Positions 30,021 to 40,047 are shown, numbered from the stretch's first letter. The stretch: 64,000 nucleotides of DNA from Pseudomonadota bacterium (GCA_023458595.1 JAEWYT010000121.1:2983-66982); one strand, 5' to 3'. Program-made: numbers and translations. The notes: generated from the sequence alone by a model not told the origin.

Positions 30021-32140
30021 GACCGTTTGCCCCAATAGGCGTCGTTCGACGTCCAGGCCGCATCGGCCCCCTCGATGCGATAACGGCCGACCCGGTTGTT
30101 GAGGATGCCGCCGATGTAGAGGTAGCCCTTGTGCTCGCGCATCGACGTCACCATCGGATGCGACAGCCCGGACAGATCGCCGTAGGTCCGGATGATCTCG
30201 CCCCTGTCGTCGAACTTCACCACGCCGCCGGTGTTGATGTTCGGGAACAGCCAGTCGTCCTGCGGCAGGCGGCGCGTCATGCGCTTGCGCATTCCCGGAT
30301 GGCGCAGCGACAGGTCGAAGCTCGGCGTCCGCATGCCGAGCCACGCCATCCAGTAGGTCCCGTCGGAGGCCCGGTTCACGTTGTCCGGGTATCCGGGCAT
30401 GTCGCGGATCACGCACTCGGCGGTGCCGGCCTTCGGACCTTCGAGCCAGTAGCGGTGGATGCGGCACGCCCAGCTTTCGCAGAAGAACAGCGACTTGTTG
30501 TCGTGCGCCATGCAGACGCCGTTCGTATAGCGGTAGCCGTCGAGCAGCGTGCGCGTGCTGCCGTCCTTCGGGTCGTAGACCAGGAGTCGCCCGGTCGCCC
30601 GGTTCTCGATCGAGTCGAGCGCCCAGTCGTGGGCGTCGTAGCGCTTGGTGGAATCGGTGAAGTAGACCTTGCCGTCCGGCGCGATGTCGAGGTCGTTTGG
30701 ATCGCGCAGGCGGGCGTCGTCGACGATCGAGGTGAACGAGCGGTGCGTCTCGGCCGAAAGCCGCGTCACCTCGCGCTCGGGCGATATCCTGTAGAGCCCC
30801 ATCGCGCCGACGCAGGACAGCAGGTTGCCGTCGTGGTCGAAGGCGAGGCCGAGCGGGAAGCCGCCGATATGGGCGAACACCTCCGAGCGGGTGTAGTCGG
30901 GCGCGAAGAAGCGCACGATCTCGCCGTGGCGCGTGCCGCAATAGAGGTTGTCGTCGCGGTCGAGGATGACGTCCTCGGGCCCCTCGAGCTCGCCGAGGCC
31001 GATCGGCTCGGCCTCCGACAGACGGTTGTTCAGCGCGTAGGGCGAGCCGGAGCCGGGCACGGCGGACTGCGTGTCGCCCATGCGCAGATAGACCGGGGCG
31101 ACATAGACCTCGTTCAGCACCTTGTGGCGGTTCTTGAGCCAGCGGATGTCGATCGTCACGGCGGCGGCGAGCAGGATGCCCAGAACCATCTGGTTGGTTC
31201 CGGTGCCGTAGCCGAGACGGATCAGGCCGTTGGTCATCACCAGCACGATCACCGCGCCCATCAGGCCCTTGACGACCGATCCGCGCCCGCCGCCGAGGCT
31301 GTTGCCGCCGACGACTGCGGCGGTCAGCGCGAGGATCTCGAGCCCGAGGCCGGTGCCCGGTCCGGCGCCGCTCAGCCGCGTCGCGATCAGGAAGCCGGCG
31401 CCCGCCGAGCAGAGGCCGGAGAACACATAGGTCAGGAAAACCGTCAGCCGGACCCGGATGCCGGCATTGTGCGCCGAGCGCCGAGATCCGCCGACGGCGA
31501 GCACGTGCCAGCCGGGCCGGGAGCGCGTCAGCGCGACATGGGTGACGATGGCAAGCGCGATCGCCGCCAGCACGGGCACGGAAATGCCGAGGAGCGTGCC
31601 GTCGCCGATGAAGTCCCAGGTGTCGGACGAGGCGAAGGAAAGCTGGATCTTCGAACCGTGGGCGACGACGAGGATGTCGTAGAGAGCCCGGCCGATGATG
31701 AAGGTCACCAGCGTCGTGATGAACGCCCTGAGCCTCAGGAAGCCGATCAGGTAGCCGTTGACCGCGCCGAAGACGAGGCCGGTCGCCATCGACGCCAGGA
31801 AGGCGACCCAGACGGGCTGCTCGAAGATGAAGAAGGTCGAGACCGCGGCGAAGGCCGAGAGTGCGAAGATGGAGCCGACGGCGAGGTCGATGCCGCCGCC
31901 CAGCATCACGACCGTCAGCCCGATCACGACGAGGCTGAACTCGCCGAGCTGGCGTGTCGATTCCTGTAGCGAATAGAGCTGGAAGAAGCCCGGGATGATG
32001 CTGCCGAACGTCGCCACCGTCGTGACGAGGGCGAGGAACGGGATCGCGTTGTCGGTCCACCGCTTTGTCAGGATCTCGCCGATGACGTGATCGGGAATGA
32101 AATTGTAGCGCCACGCCTGCAGGCGCTCACGGGTCGTCAT
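30017..32140 (-). CDS. Fusion protein: RbsC-type ABC permease (N-terminal ~345 aa) plus strictosidine synthase-like beta-propeller domain (C-terminal ~350 aa)
   Basis: 707 aa starting at MTTRERLQAW. The N-terminal half is a polytopic BPD_transp_2-type permease. The C-terminal half carries Str_synth hallmarks (GPEDVILDRDDNLYCG, NDLDIAPDGKVYFTDS, YTNGVCMAHDNKSLFFCESWACRIHRYWLEGPKAG, PGYPDNVNRASDGTYWMAW). The frame is continuous with no stop. Confidence 0.85.
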   Translation of the reverse strand: MTTRERLQAWRYNFIPDHVIGEILTKRWTDNAIPFLALVTTVATFGSIIPGFFQLYSLQESTRQLGEFSLVVIGLTVVMLGGGIDLAVGSIFALSAFAAVSTFFIFEQPVWVAFLASMATGLVFGAVNGYLIGFLRLRAFITTLVTFIIGRALYDILVVAHGSKIQLSFASSDTWDFIGDGTLLGISVPVLAAIALAIVTHVALTRSRPGWHVLAVGGSRRSAHNAGIRVRLTVFLTYVFSGLCSAGAGFLIATRLSGAGPGTGLGLEILALTAAVVGGNSLGGGRGSVVKGLMGAVIVLVMTNGLIRLGYGTGTNQMVLGILLAAAVTIDIRWLKNRHKVLNEVYVAPVYLRMGDTQSAVPGSGSPYALNNRLSEAEPIGLGELEGPEDVILDRDDNLYCGTRHGEIVRFFAPDYTRSEVFAHIGGFPLGLAFDHDGNLLSCVGAMGLYRISPEREVTRLSAETHRSFTSIVDDARLRDPNDLDIAPDGKVYFTDSTKRYDAHDWALDSIENRATGRLLVYDPKDGSTRTLLDGYRYTNGVCMAHDNKSLFFCESWACRIHRYWLEGPKAGTAECVIRDMPGYPDNVNRASDGTYWMAWLGMRTPSFDLSLRHPGMRKRMTRRLPQDDWLFPNINTGGVVKFDDRGEIIRTYGDLSGLSHPMVTSMREHKGYLYIGGILNNRVGRYRIEGADAAWTSNDAYWGKRS

Positions 32141-32221
32141 CTGCAATCCGTCTGTTCGATGCGCACGCGGCAAGAGGGGCGGCCGCCCTGGGCCGGCCAC
32201 CCCCGGATTCGTGGAGCCGGA

Positions 32222-33241
32222 CTACTCTCCCGCTTCCGCCTGAAGGGCCTTCAGGTCCCAGCAGCTGTCGGGCTTGAGGTTGTCCTTCGTCGTCGCCTTC
32301 AGCAGCGTGTAGAGGTACGGCGACGAGGTTCCGGGCGGCTGGCCGCTCTGCAGCAGGTACTTGATCATCGTGACCATGTTGTAGCTTTCCTGCTTCAGCT
32401 CGGTCATGACGACGGCGCCGTAGGTGCCGTTCTCGATCATGTCGCAGTCGGCCGTCTTCTCGCCGCCGCCCGTCGTCACGAGGAACACCTTGTCCTGCAT
32501 GCCGGCGTCGCGGATCGCCGCGGCCGCACCGGTCGCGTCGCCGTCCCAGAAGTCGATGATCCCGCAGATGTCAGGGTGCTGCTGCAGCATGGTGGTGGTC
32601 ACGTTGCGCGAGGTCGTCGCGTCCCAGTTCGAGTCGGGCTTGGCCACGACCTCGAAGTCGGGATGCTTGGAGAGCACGTCCATGATGCCGGCATACTGGA
32701 ACAGGCTCGTCGCGTTCACCTGATCGCCTTGCACGAGGCCGATCTTCTTCGAGGAGTCGGGGCCGCAGCCCTTGACCACGGCTTCCGCCTCCAGCCGGCC
32801 GAGCTGGGTCCAGTCGCTGCCGAGATAGGCGTCGGCCTTGAAGTTCGCCGGGTTGTCGATGAGCAGGACGTAGATTCCCGCCTCCTGCGCCTTCTTCATG
32901 AGCTTGGAGTAGGAATTCAGGTCCGGCGACATGACGATCAGCACGTCGGGCTTGGGATCCGCCGAGATCGCCTCGGTGATCGCCTGGGCGCCGGCTTCCA
33001 CGCTCCAGTTCGGATCGCGCGTCTCGAAGACGCCGCCGAAGGCGTCGACCTCGCGCTTGAGGATCGCGGCCCAGCCCTGGGCGAGGTCGAAGCCCATGGC
33101 CATCGGCACGAGCAGGACGCGCTTGCCCTTGAGCGCTTCGGCATAGGCGGCCGGAGCGGGATCCTGCGCATATGCCGGCAGCGCGGCGAAAGTCGCCGCC
33201 GTCAGCGCGGCAGCGGCCAGTACGGTTCTCATCGGTTTCAT
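32222..33241 (-). CDS. Sugar-type ABC transporter periplasmic binding protein (Peripla_BP_4-like)
   Basis: 339 aa starting at MKPMRTVLAAAALTAATFAALPAYAQ (signal peptide), with a type I PBP fold pattern. Confidence 0.85.
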   Translation of the reverse strand: MKPMRTVLAAAALTAATFAALPAYAQDPAPAAYAEALKGKRVLLVPMAMGFDLAQGWAAILKREVDAFGGVFETRDPNWSVEAGAQAITEAISADPKPDVLIVMSPDLNSYSKLMKKAQEAGIYVLLIDNPANFKADAYLGSDWTQLGRLEAEAVVKGCGPDSSKKIGLVQGDQVNATSLFQYAGIMDVLSKHPDFEVVAKPDSNWDATTSRNVTTTMLQQHPDICGIIDFWDGDATGAAAAIRDAGMQDKVFLVTTGGGEKTADCDMIENGTYGAVVMTELKQESYNMVTMIKYLLQSGQPPGTSSPYLYTLLKATTKDNLKPDSCWDLKALQAEAGE

Positions 33242-33291
33242 CGTTTCACTCTTTCCCCTGTTGGACTCTGATGTCGTTGTCGGCGCTCCGT

Positions 33292-34284
33292 TCAGATATC
33301 GCCCTGCTGGGCCGTCTGCTCGTCGCGCGGGTTGAGCACGCCGTCGACGATGATCGCAAACAGCAGGATCGTCGATTTGATGAGGTTCTGATAGAGCAGC
33401 GGGATGTCGATGATCGTCATCGCGTTCAGCATGATGCCGATCAGCGCCGCGCCGACGAGGACGTTGCGGACGCCACCCTTTCCGCCGGACAGGCCGATGC
33501 CGCCGATCACCGCGACGAGCACGATGTCGTAGAGCAGGGTGGAATTGACCACGCGGGTGTTGATCGAGTGCAGGCTGGCCGCCGTCAGCAGTCCCGCCAC
33601 GAAGGCGATCACCGCCGACAGAGCGTAGCGCAGCATCAGCATCGGCCGCACCGGGATGCCGATGTTGCGCGCCCCGATCGGATTGTCGCCGGCGTAGTAG
33701 ACGTACCGGCCCCATTTCGTGAAGCGCAGGAGAACGAACGCCGCGCCGGAGAGCAGCAGGAAGAGATAGATCTCGATCGGCACGCCGAGAAACCGCAGCC
33801 CGCCCGTGATCTCGACCCAATGCCCGTCGGGCACCGGCACCGCGTCCGAAGGGATCAGCTGCGAGCGCACGTAGCCGAAGACGAAGGCCCCGCTCGCCAG
33901 CGTCACGAAGATCGCCGGGACGTCGGCATAGGCGATGAGGAAGCCGTTTATCAGCCCGATCGCCAGCACGCCGCCGAGCACCAGCGCGAACGCCAGGGAG
34001 TCCGGCATCCCGTCGCCGAGAAGCTGCAGGTACCAGGCGACCGACATCGCCATCACGGCGACCATCGACAGGTCGATGCCACGCCCGATGATGACGACCG
34101 ACATCCCCAGCGCGAGGATGCCCAAAACCGCGATGGAGCGGACGATGGCGATCAGGTTCGCCGCCGTCAGGAATCCCGGCAGCCCGATCACGGCGGCGCC
34201 GAAGATCAGGACCGCGACGACGAGGACGATCCGTTCCTGGTTCAGATTCCGCAGGAAAGTCGCGACGCTCCCGCCCATGCACAC
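33292..34284 (-). CDS. RbsC-type ABC transporter permease
   Basis: 330-aa polytopic ORF, similar to the N-terminal half of the fusion protein (GGIGLSGGKGGV versus GGNSLGGGRGSV). Confidence 0.88.
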   Translation of the reverse strand: MCMGGSVATFLRNLNQERIVLVVAVLIFGAAVIGLPGFLTAANLIAIVRSIAVLGILALGMSVVIIGRGIDLSMVAVMAMSVAWYLQLLGDGMPDSLAFALVLGGVLAIGLINGFLIAYADVPAIFVTLASGAFVFGYVRSQLIPSDAVPVPDGHWVEITGGLRFLGVPIEIYLFLLLSGAAFVLLRFTKWGRYVYYAGDNPIGARNIGIPVRPMLMLRYALSAVIAFVAGLLTAASLHSINTRVVNSTLLYDIVLVAVIGGIGLSGGKGGVRNVLVGAALIGIMLNAMTIIDIPLLYQNLIKSTILLFAIIVDGVLNPRDEQTAQQGDI

Positions 34285-34401
34285 CTCGTCGCCCGGTTGG
34301 TCTCGGATCCGCCCCGGAACCGAAAATTCAGCTTAGCGAGCGCCGAAAGCCGGCGTCCAATGAAAGATTCTGCGCATTATCGATACCGAACCGGAATGTG
34401 T

Positions 34402-35346
34402 TCAAACGATATGCAGATGCGGCCCCGGCGTGCGCCCCTGTGCCGCCGTTTTGTTCTCTTCGGCCATGATGTGCGCCCTGAGGCCTTCGATGAACCGCTT
34501 GCCGTAGGCCGGCAGGGGCATTCGCCCGTCCCAGATGGCGCATATGTCGAAGCTGATCTGCTCGCCGCGCAGCGTGATCGGGCGGCTCGTCAGCGTGTGG
34601 CTGTCGAGCCGCGCCGACGAGGGTACGACGGCGACGCCGTTTCCGCCTTCCGCCAGCGCGAACAGCGTGTGCGGCGAAGCCCCTTCCAGCACGATCCGCG
34701 GCACGATTCCGGTCAGCCGGCAAGCGGCGTCGAAGACCTCGCGCGAGGCGTGGCGGCGGTTCAGCGTCAGGATCGGGCTTTCGAGCAGCGCGGCGATCTC
34801 GATCGGACCGCCGGTATCCGGAAGCAGGTCGGGCGTGGCGACCGCCAGGAAGGCGAGCTCGCCGAGGCGAAGGGTCTCGAAGGGCTCGATCGGCGTGGAG
34901 GGCATCGCGCTGATCGTCAGGTGTACCGAGCCCGCCTGGAGCCTTTCCATCAGTTCGGGCCCGCCGGCGTCCTCGAGCCGCACGTCGATCCCCGCATTGG
35001 CCGCGCGCCAGTCGCGCAGGAACATCGGCAGGTAGCGCTCGATCAGCTGCGAACAGGCGCCGATCTTCAGGAGCCCGCTCTGGTCCCGCGCGAGATCGCC
35101 GGCGAAGGCGCGCAGGTCGCGGTCCGCCGCCAGCACGCCGTTGACGCGCGACAGGAGCGCCTCGCCGGCCGCCGTCAGCCTCACGTTGCGTCCCGCCTTC
35201 TCGAACAGGCGCAGCCCGAGGGACTCCTCCAGGCTGCGGATCTGCCGCGACAGCGCCGACTGGGTGATGTTCAGCATCTGCGCCGCCAGCGTGATGTTCT
35301 GCGTTTCGGCGGCCGTCACGAAGCCGGTATAGGTGCGGATATCCAT
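34402..35346 (-). CDS. LysR family transcriptional regulator
   Basis: 314 aa with an N-terminal HTH (FVTAAETQNITLAAQMLNITQSALSRQIRSLEE) and a LysR substrate-binding domain. Confidence 0.9.
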   Translation of the reverse strand: MDIRTYTGFVTAAETQNITLAAQMLNITQSALSRQIRSLEESLGLRLFEKAGRNVRLTAAGEALLSRVNGVLAADRDLRAFAGDLARDQSGLLKIGACSQLIERYLPMFLRDWRAANAGIDVRLEDAGGPELMERLQAGSVHLTISAMPSTPIEPFETLRLGELAFLAVATPDLLPDTGGPIEIAALLESPILTLNRRHASREVFDAACRLTGIVPRIVLEGASPHTLFALAEGGNGVAVVPSSARLDSHTLTSRPITLRGEQISFDICAIWDGRMPLPAYGKRFIEGLRAHIMAEENKTAAQGRTPGPHLHIV

Positions 35347-35421
35347 CGACGTGGCCCGGATTGACGCGATTACGCTATTGGCCGCGCGACGGCGCTGTCA
35401 ACTTCGGCGCGGCGCCGGCGG

Positions 35422-36060
35422 TCAGCCGGCCAGTTCGGCGACCAGCGCGTCGGTCGTCACCTGCCGGCAGTAGCCCTTGATGGTCGTCAGCGAATGGTCG
35501 TGCCGCGCCTGCGTATAGGTGAGGCAGGCGTCGGTCACCTGCGTCACCAGATAGCCGAGATCGCAGGCGTCCCGGATCGCGCTCTCCACGCACTGGTCCG
35601 TGACGAGCCCGGAGATGACGAGTTGCCTCACCCCGAGGTTGCGCAGGACGTAGTCGATATGGGTCGAGACGAAAACCGAGGAGGACGATTTCGGCAGGAC
35701 GATCTCGTCGTCGCCCGGCTTCAGCGCGTCGATCACCTTGCCGTCCCACGACCCCTTCGGGACGTTGAAGCCGGTGATCTTGTAGTCGAGGCTGCGGTCG
35801 CGGCCGTCCCGCGTGAGGCTCTCGATCGTGGTGTACATCACCTCGATTCCCGCCGCGCGGCAGGCCGCCTGCAGTCGCTGCATGTTCGGCACCACGCGCG
35901 CCTCGAGCTGGTCGAAGAACCAGCCGTACTTCTCGCCGAACTCGGGCGCGGGGACGTCCTTGAACTCGCCGCCCTTGCGATGCGCGCAGAAGTTCTGCAC
36001 GTCGATATAGAGGAGCGCGGACTGCTCCGTGACGAGCGGCACGTCCCGGGTGAGCGTCAT
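35422..36060 (-). CDS. Isochorismatase-family cysteine hydrolase
   Basis: About 212 aa with family pattern ALLYIDVQNF ... LVISGLVTDQCVESAIRDA (catalytic Cys context). I prefer the ATG at 36060 (AAGGGA RBS) to the TTG at 36075. Confidence 0.8.
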   Translation of the reverse strand: MTLTRDVPLVTEQSALLYIDVQNFCAHRKGGEFKDVPAPEFGEKYGWFFDQLEARVVPNMQRLQAACRAAGIEVMYTTIESLTRDGRDRSLDYKITGFNVPKGSWDGKVIDALKPGDDEIVLPKSSSSVFVSTHIDYVLRNLGVRQLVISGLVTDQCVESAIRDACDLGYLVTQVTDACLTYTQARHDHSLTTIKGYCRQVTTDALVAELAG

Positions 36061-36061
36061 T

Positions 36062-36838
36062 TCACGTCCCTTCAAGCCAGCGGTCGAGCGTCACGGATAG
36101 CCATTCCGCCCAGCGGTCCTGTCCCGCGGCGCCATCGATATGGTCGTTGCGGATCTCCATCAGGCTGTGCGGCAGGCCGCGGGCCTCGCCGTGCCGCGGG
36201 ACGAACCAGTCCGACAGGTCGTCGATCCGGTAGGGCTCGTTCATGCCGATCCGCAGTTCGGGGCGGAGATCTTTGACGAGATCGGCGAGGCGCGCGGATG
36301 TGTGCTCGTCCTTTCGGAACAGGAAGCCGATGTCCCAGGGACGGGAAACGCCTCCGAAGACCGGCGTGAACGAATGGATGGAGAAAGCCGCCCGGACAGG
36401 ACCCCGATCGAGGACGTTCGCCACGGCGTCCTGGAACGGCTGGAAAATCTCGTCCACCCGGGCCGTGCGCTCCGGTTCCGTCAGGTCCAGATTTGCCGGG
36501 ACGGTCGATCCGTCGCTGACCTCGGGAATCGAGTCCGGGGCGGCGGTCGGTCGGTTGCAGTCGATGACGAGCCGGCTGTAGGGCTGCAGCACGCACGCGC
36601 ATCCGAGGCGCTCGGCCATGCGCCTGGCGACCGCACCGGCGCCGATGTCCCAGCCTATGTGCCGGTCTATATCGCCTCCGGGCAACCCGAGATCGCCGAG
36701 AACCGACGGGATCGCCTGGCCCGCGTGCTCGCAGACCAGCAGGATCGGGTGGTCGCTGTCGGGATTGACGATCTCCAGCGGCGCCGGATCGTCCGGCGTC
36801 AGAAGTGTGCGGGAGGTCGCGTCCGAAACAGCCGCCAT
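36062..36838 (-). CDS. N-formylglutamate amidohydrolase (FGase) family protein
   Basis: 258 aa with FGase-family features (ILLVCEHAG, SRLVIDCNR, AFSIHSFTP, EIRND). Confidence 0.75.
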   Translation of the reverse strand: MAAVSDATSRTLLTPDDPAPLEIVNPDSDHPILLVCEHAGQAIPSVLGDLGLPGGDIDRHIGWDIGAGAVARRMAERLGCACVLQPYSRLVIDCNRPTAAPDSIPEVSDGSTVPANLDLTEPERTARVDEIFQPFQDAVANVLDRGPVRAAFSIHSFTPVFGGVSRPWDIGFLFRKDEHTSARLADLVKDLRPELRIGMNEPYRIDDLSDWFVPRHGEARGLPHSLMEIRNDHIDGAAGQDRWAEWLSVTLDRWLEGT

Positions 36839-37014
36839 GTCGCCTCTTCGGTTCCGGCGGGAAGGGATGTCGGCACGCTAGTCCGGATCGCGGGGAAGCG
36901 CCAGCGGGGACGGACGGCGCCGGTTGTCACGGCGCACGGCAAGTGTTTGTCTCCTGTCTGACGATTGCGCCGGATTCCCCGATCCGGCGGCCCCGCAAGT
37001 TCGAGAAGCCGCGC

Positions 37015-38328
37015 ATGATCGCCAATCCGCTGATTTTCGTCGCCGCCCCCGATATCGCCGGCAAGACCCGCGGCAAGGCGTTTCCGGTCGCCGATCTGGA
37101 CAAACGGCTACGCAGGGGCGTCGGCTGGACGCCCACCAACGTCATGATCACCTGCTTCGACGCCATCGCCGAAAGTCCGTTCGGCGCGCTGGGCGATCTC
37201 CTGCTCGTCCCCGATCCGAATGCCGGCGTCGAGATCGATTTCGGCGACGACGGCCCGGTCGAGCGCTTCATGCTCGGCGACATCACCGGGCTCGACGGTA
37301 CGCCCTGGAACCTCTGCACGCGGTCGATCCTCAGGGGTGCGCTGGATAGGCTGAAGAGGGTTGCCGGCATCGAGCTCGTGGCGGCCTTCGAGCACGAGTT
37401 CCAGTTCAAGGGGGCCAGTCCGCCTCTCGGACAGGCCTACGCGCTGACCGGGTTCTCCGGGCGCCGCCGTTTCGGCGAGGCCCTGATGGCCGCGCTGGAC
37501 CAAGCCGGGCTGACGCCCGACACCTTCATGAAGGAATACGGCGCGAGCCAGTTCGAGATAACCAACGACCCGCGAAAGGGCGTCGGCGCCGCGGACGCCG
37601 CGGTGATCCTGCGCGAGCTGACGCGGATGACGGCCGCCCGGCTCGGCGAGGAGGTGAACTTCACGCCTATCCGCGATCCGGCGAGCGTCGGCAACGGCGT
37701 CCACATCCACATGAGCTTCGTCGACGGCGAGGGAAACCCCGCGACCTATTCGGCCGACAGTCCGGCAGGGCTGTCGGAGATCGCCGGGTCCTTCGTCGCC
37801 GGGGTCCTGAAGTACCTCGACCGTTTCCTCGCGCTCACCGCGCCCTCCGACATTTCCTACCTGCGGCTGACGCCGCATCGCTGGAGCGCGGCCTTCAACA
37901 ATCTCGGCTTTCGCGACAGGGAGGCGGCGGTGCGGATATGCCCGGTCACCGCCGCCGATCCGCAGGCGGTCGCGCGGCAGTTCAATTTCGAGTTCCGCGC
38001 CGGAGACGCGGCCGCCTCGCCCCATCTGGCGCTGGCCGCGATCGTCCATGCCGGCTCGCAAGGAATAGAAGAAGGCCTGCCGGCCCCTGCGATCACGCAG
38101 GAGGACCTGTCGCTGCTGCCGGCCACGGAGCTGGCGAAGCGCGGCCTCATCCGGCTGCCGCGGTCGCTCGAGGAGGCCCTGGCGAAATTCGAGGCCGACG
38201 ACACGGTTCGCGGCTGGTTCACGGGCGATTTCGCGTCCGTCTACGTCGCCCACAAGCGCGGCGAGCTGGCCTTTCTGAAGGGTATGAGCCCGGAGGAACG
38301 CTGCGCGGCCTATGAATCGTCGTATTGA
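37015..38328 (+). CDS. Glutamine synthetase-family (gamma-glutamyl ligase type) protein
   Basis: 437 aa starting at MIANPLIFVAAP, with GS catalytic-domain motifs (FEHEFQF, YGASQFEIT, GNGVHIHMSF). Divergent from the FGase-like gene. Confidence 0.75.
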   Translation: MIANPLIFVAAPDIAGKTRGKAFPVADLDKRLRRGVGWTPTNVMITCFDAIAESPFGALGDLLLVPDPNAGVEIDFGDDGPVERFMLGDITGLDGTPWNLCTRSILRGALDRLKRVAGIELVAAFEHEFQFKGASPPLGQAYALTGFSGRRRFGEALMAALDQAGLTPDTFMKEYGASQFEITNDPRKGVGAADAAVILRELTRMTAARLGEEVNFTPIRDPASVGNGVHIHMSFVDGEGNPATYSADSPAGLSEIAGSFVAGVLKYLDRFLALTAPSDISYLRLTPHRWSAAFNNLGFRDREAAVRICPVTAADPQAVARQFNFEFRAGDAAASPHLALAAIVHAGSQGIEEGLPAPAITQEDLSLLPATELAKRGLIRLPRSLEEALAKFEADDTVRGWFTGDFASVYVAHKRGELAFLKGMSPEERCAAYESSY

Positions 38329-38364
38329 CGCCTTCCGGCGGGCAACGCCGCGCCGGGTGGGAAT

Positions 38365-40047
38365 TCAGTCGCCGTCGCCGTCGTCGTCCGTCCGGTCCGG
38401 CCAGAACCGCACGCCCGGTCGCGCGTGGCCGCCGCTCGTCGCCGAGACGCTGCCGTCGGCGCGCCAGCACGCGGCGCCCTCCATGGTGCCGTCCTCCGAA
38501 AAGGCGATCGCGTTCATGCCGCCGCCGATATGCGGCACCACCCGCACGTCGTGTCCGCGCGCGTCGAGCGCGGCCCGGGCGCCGCTGTAACCCTTTTCGA
38601 TCTCCACCTCCTCGCCCTGCGTCCAGATGCGAGGGGCCTCCACGGCATGCTGGAGCGGCATGCCGTGATCGACGACGTTGACGATCATCTGCATGGCGGA
38701 CGGGAAGATGCGCGTCCCGCCGGGCAGGCCCACGGCGAAAGCCGGGCGCCCGTCCCGCAGCACGATGGTAGGCGACATCGCCGTCGGCACGCGCTTGCCC
38801 GGCACGATGGACATGGCGTTGCCCGGATGCGGATCGAAATTCGCCATGTAGTTGTTCGGAACGATCCCCGTGCCCGGGACCATGAAGCGGGCGCCGAAGA
38901 GCCAGTTGATGGTGTGGGTCGCGGCGACGACGTTGCCGGACCTGTCGGCGACCGTGACGTGGGTGGTGTTGCGCGGTTCCGCGTCGGGCGCCGGGCCCGT
39001 GGTTGGGCCGCCGCGCGCCCGGATTCGCCCCGCCGCCTCGCGCGCATAGTCCTTCGAGACCAGGCGTTCGACCGGAACGTCGACGAACGCGGGGTCGCCG
39101 TTGTAGGCGCGCCGGTCCTCGAAGGCGATCCGCATGACCTCTATGAGCAGGTGCAGCGTGTCGGGGGCGCCGAAGCCGAGCTCTCGCAGATCGTGGGCCT
39201 CCAGCATGTTCAGCATCTGCAGGACGTGAGTGCCGGATGCGGGCGGCGGCGCGCCCAGCACCTCGTATCCGCGGTAGCTGCCCGAGACGGGCGCGCGGTC
39301 GACGGTCCGGTAGCCGCGCAGGTCCTCGGCGCTCAGCCATCCCGCGTCTTCGCCGCCCGTCGCGATGCGCTCGGCGAGAGCGGTCCCGAGCACGCCTCCG
39401 TAAAGGGTGGGGGCGCCCTCCCGCGCGATCAGCGCCAGGGTCTCCGCGTACTGGGGCTGCACCAGTCGTTCCCCCGGCGTCAGCGGCCGCCCGCCCGGCA
39501 CCAGCACCCGGGAGATCTCCGGGTCGAGCGACATGTCCGCGGCGCAGTCCCTGATCGCGCCGGCGAGATAGTGGGAGGCGACGAAGCCGCGCCGCGCGAA
39601 GCGGATGGCCGGCTCGACGACGTCGGCCAGGGACAGGCGCCCGAAACGGGCGAGCATGTCGCACCAGCCCGCGAGGTTTCCCGGCACGGCCACGGCGGAC
39701 GGTCCGACGATGTTCCGCCGGTTCTCCACCTCCATGTAGTCCGGCATCGTGTCGGAAATCGGCGTATAGATCGCCGCGTGTGCGGATTTCGGCGCCGTCG
39801 CCATCGCGTCGATGATCACGTGCGTGCCGTCCGCGAGACGCAGATGCGATATGCCGCCGCCGGCGATGCCCACCATCATCGGCTCGACCACGGTCAGGGC
39901 GAAGAGCGCCGCCACCGCTGCATCGATCGCGTTTCCGCCCTCAGCCAGGATCTCGGTGCCGGCGGCCGAGGCGAGGGGATGGTTGGTCGCCACCACGCCG
40001 TTTCGGCCGGTCGCCGGCGCCTTTTCGCAGGAAAACGGCCACGTCAT
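38365..40047 (-). CDS. Gamma-glutamyltransferase family (Ntn hydrolase) protein, apparently cytoplasmic
   Basis: About 560 aa starting at MTWPFSCEKAPATGRNGVVATNHPLAS, with no signal peptide. GGT motifs are present, including the putative autoprocessing site (GNVVAATHTINWLFGA) and GGGMNAI. Confidence 0.85.
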   Translation of the reverse strand: MTWPFSCEKAPATGRNGVVATNHPLASAAGTEILAEGGNAIDAAVAALFALTVVEPMMVGIAGGGISHLRLADGTHVIIDAMATAPKSAHAAIYTPISDTMPDYMEVENRRNIVGPSAVAVPGNLAGWCDMLARFGRLSLADVVEPAIRFARRGFVASHYLAGAIRDCAADMSLDPEISRVLVPGGRPLTPGERLVQPQYAETLALIAREGAPTLYGGVLGTALAERIATGGEDAGWLSAEDLRGYRTVDRAPVSGSYRGYEVLGAPPPASGTHVLQMLNMLEAHDLRELGFGAPDTLHLLIEVMRIAFEDRRAYNGDPAFVDVPVERLVSKDYAREAAGRIRARGGPTTGPAPDAEPRNTTHVTVADRSGNVVAATHTINWLFGARFMVPGTGIVPNNYMANFDPHPGNAMSIVPGKRVPTAMSPTIVLRDGRPAFAVGLPGGTRIFPSAMQMIVNVVDHGMPLQHAVEAPRIWTQGEEVEIEKGYSGARAALDARGHDVRVVPHIGGGMNAIAFSEDGTMEGAACWRADGSVSATSGGHARPGVRFWPDRTDDDGDGD

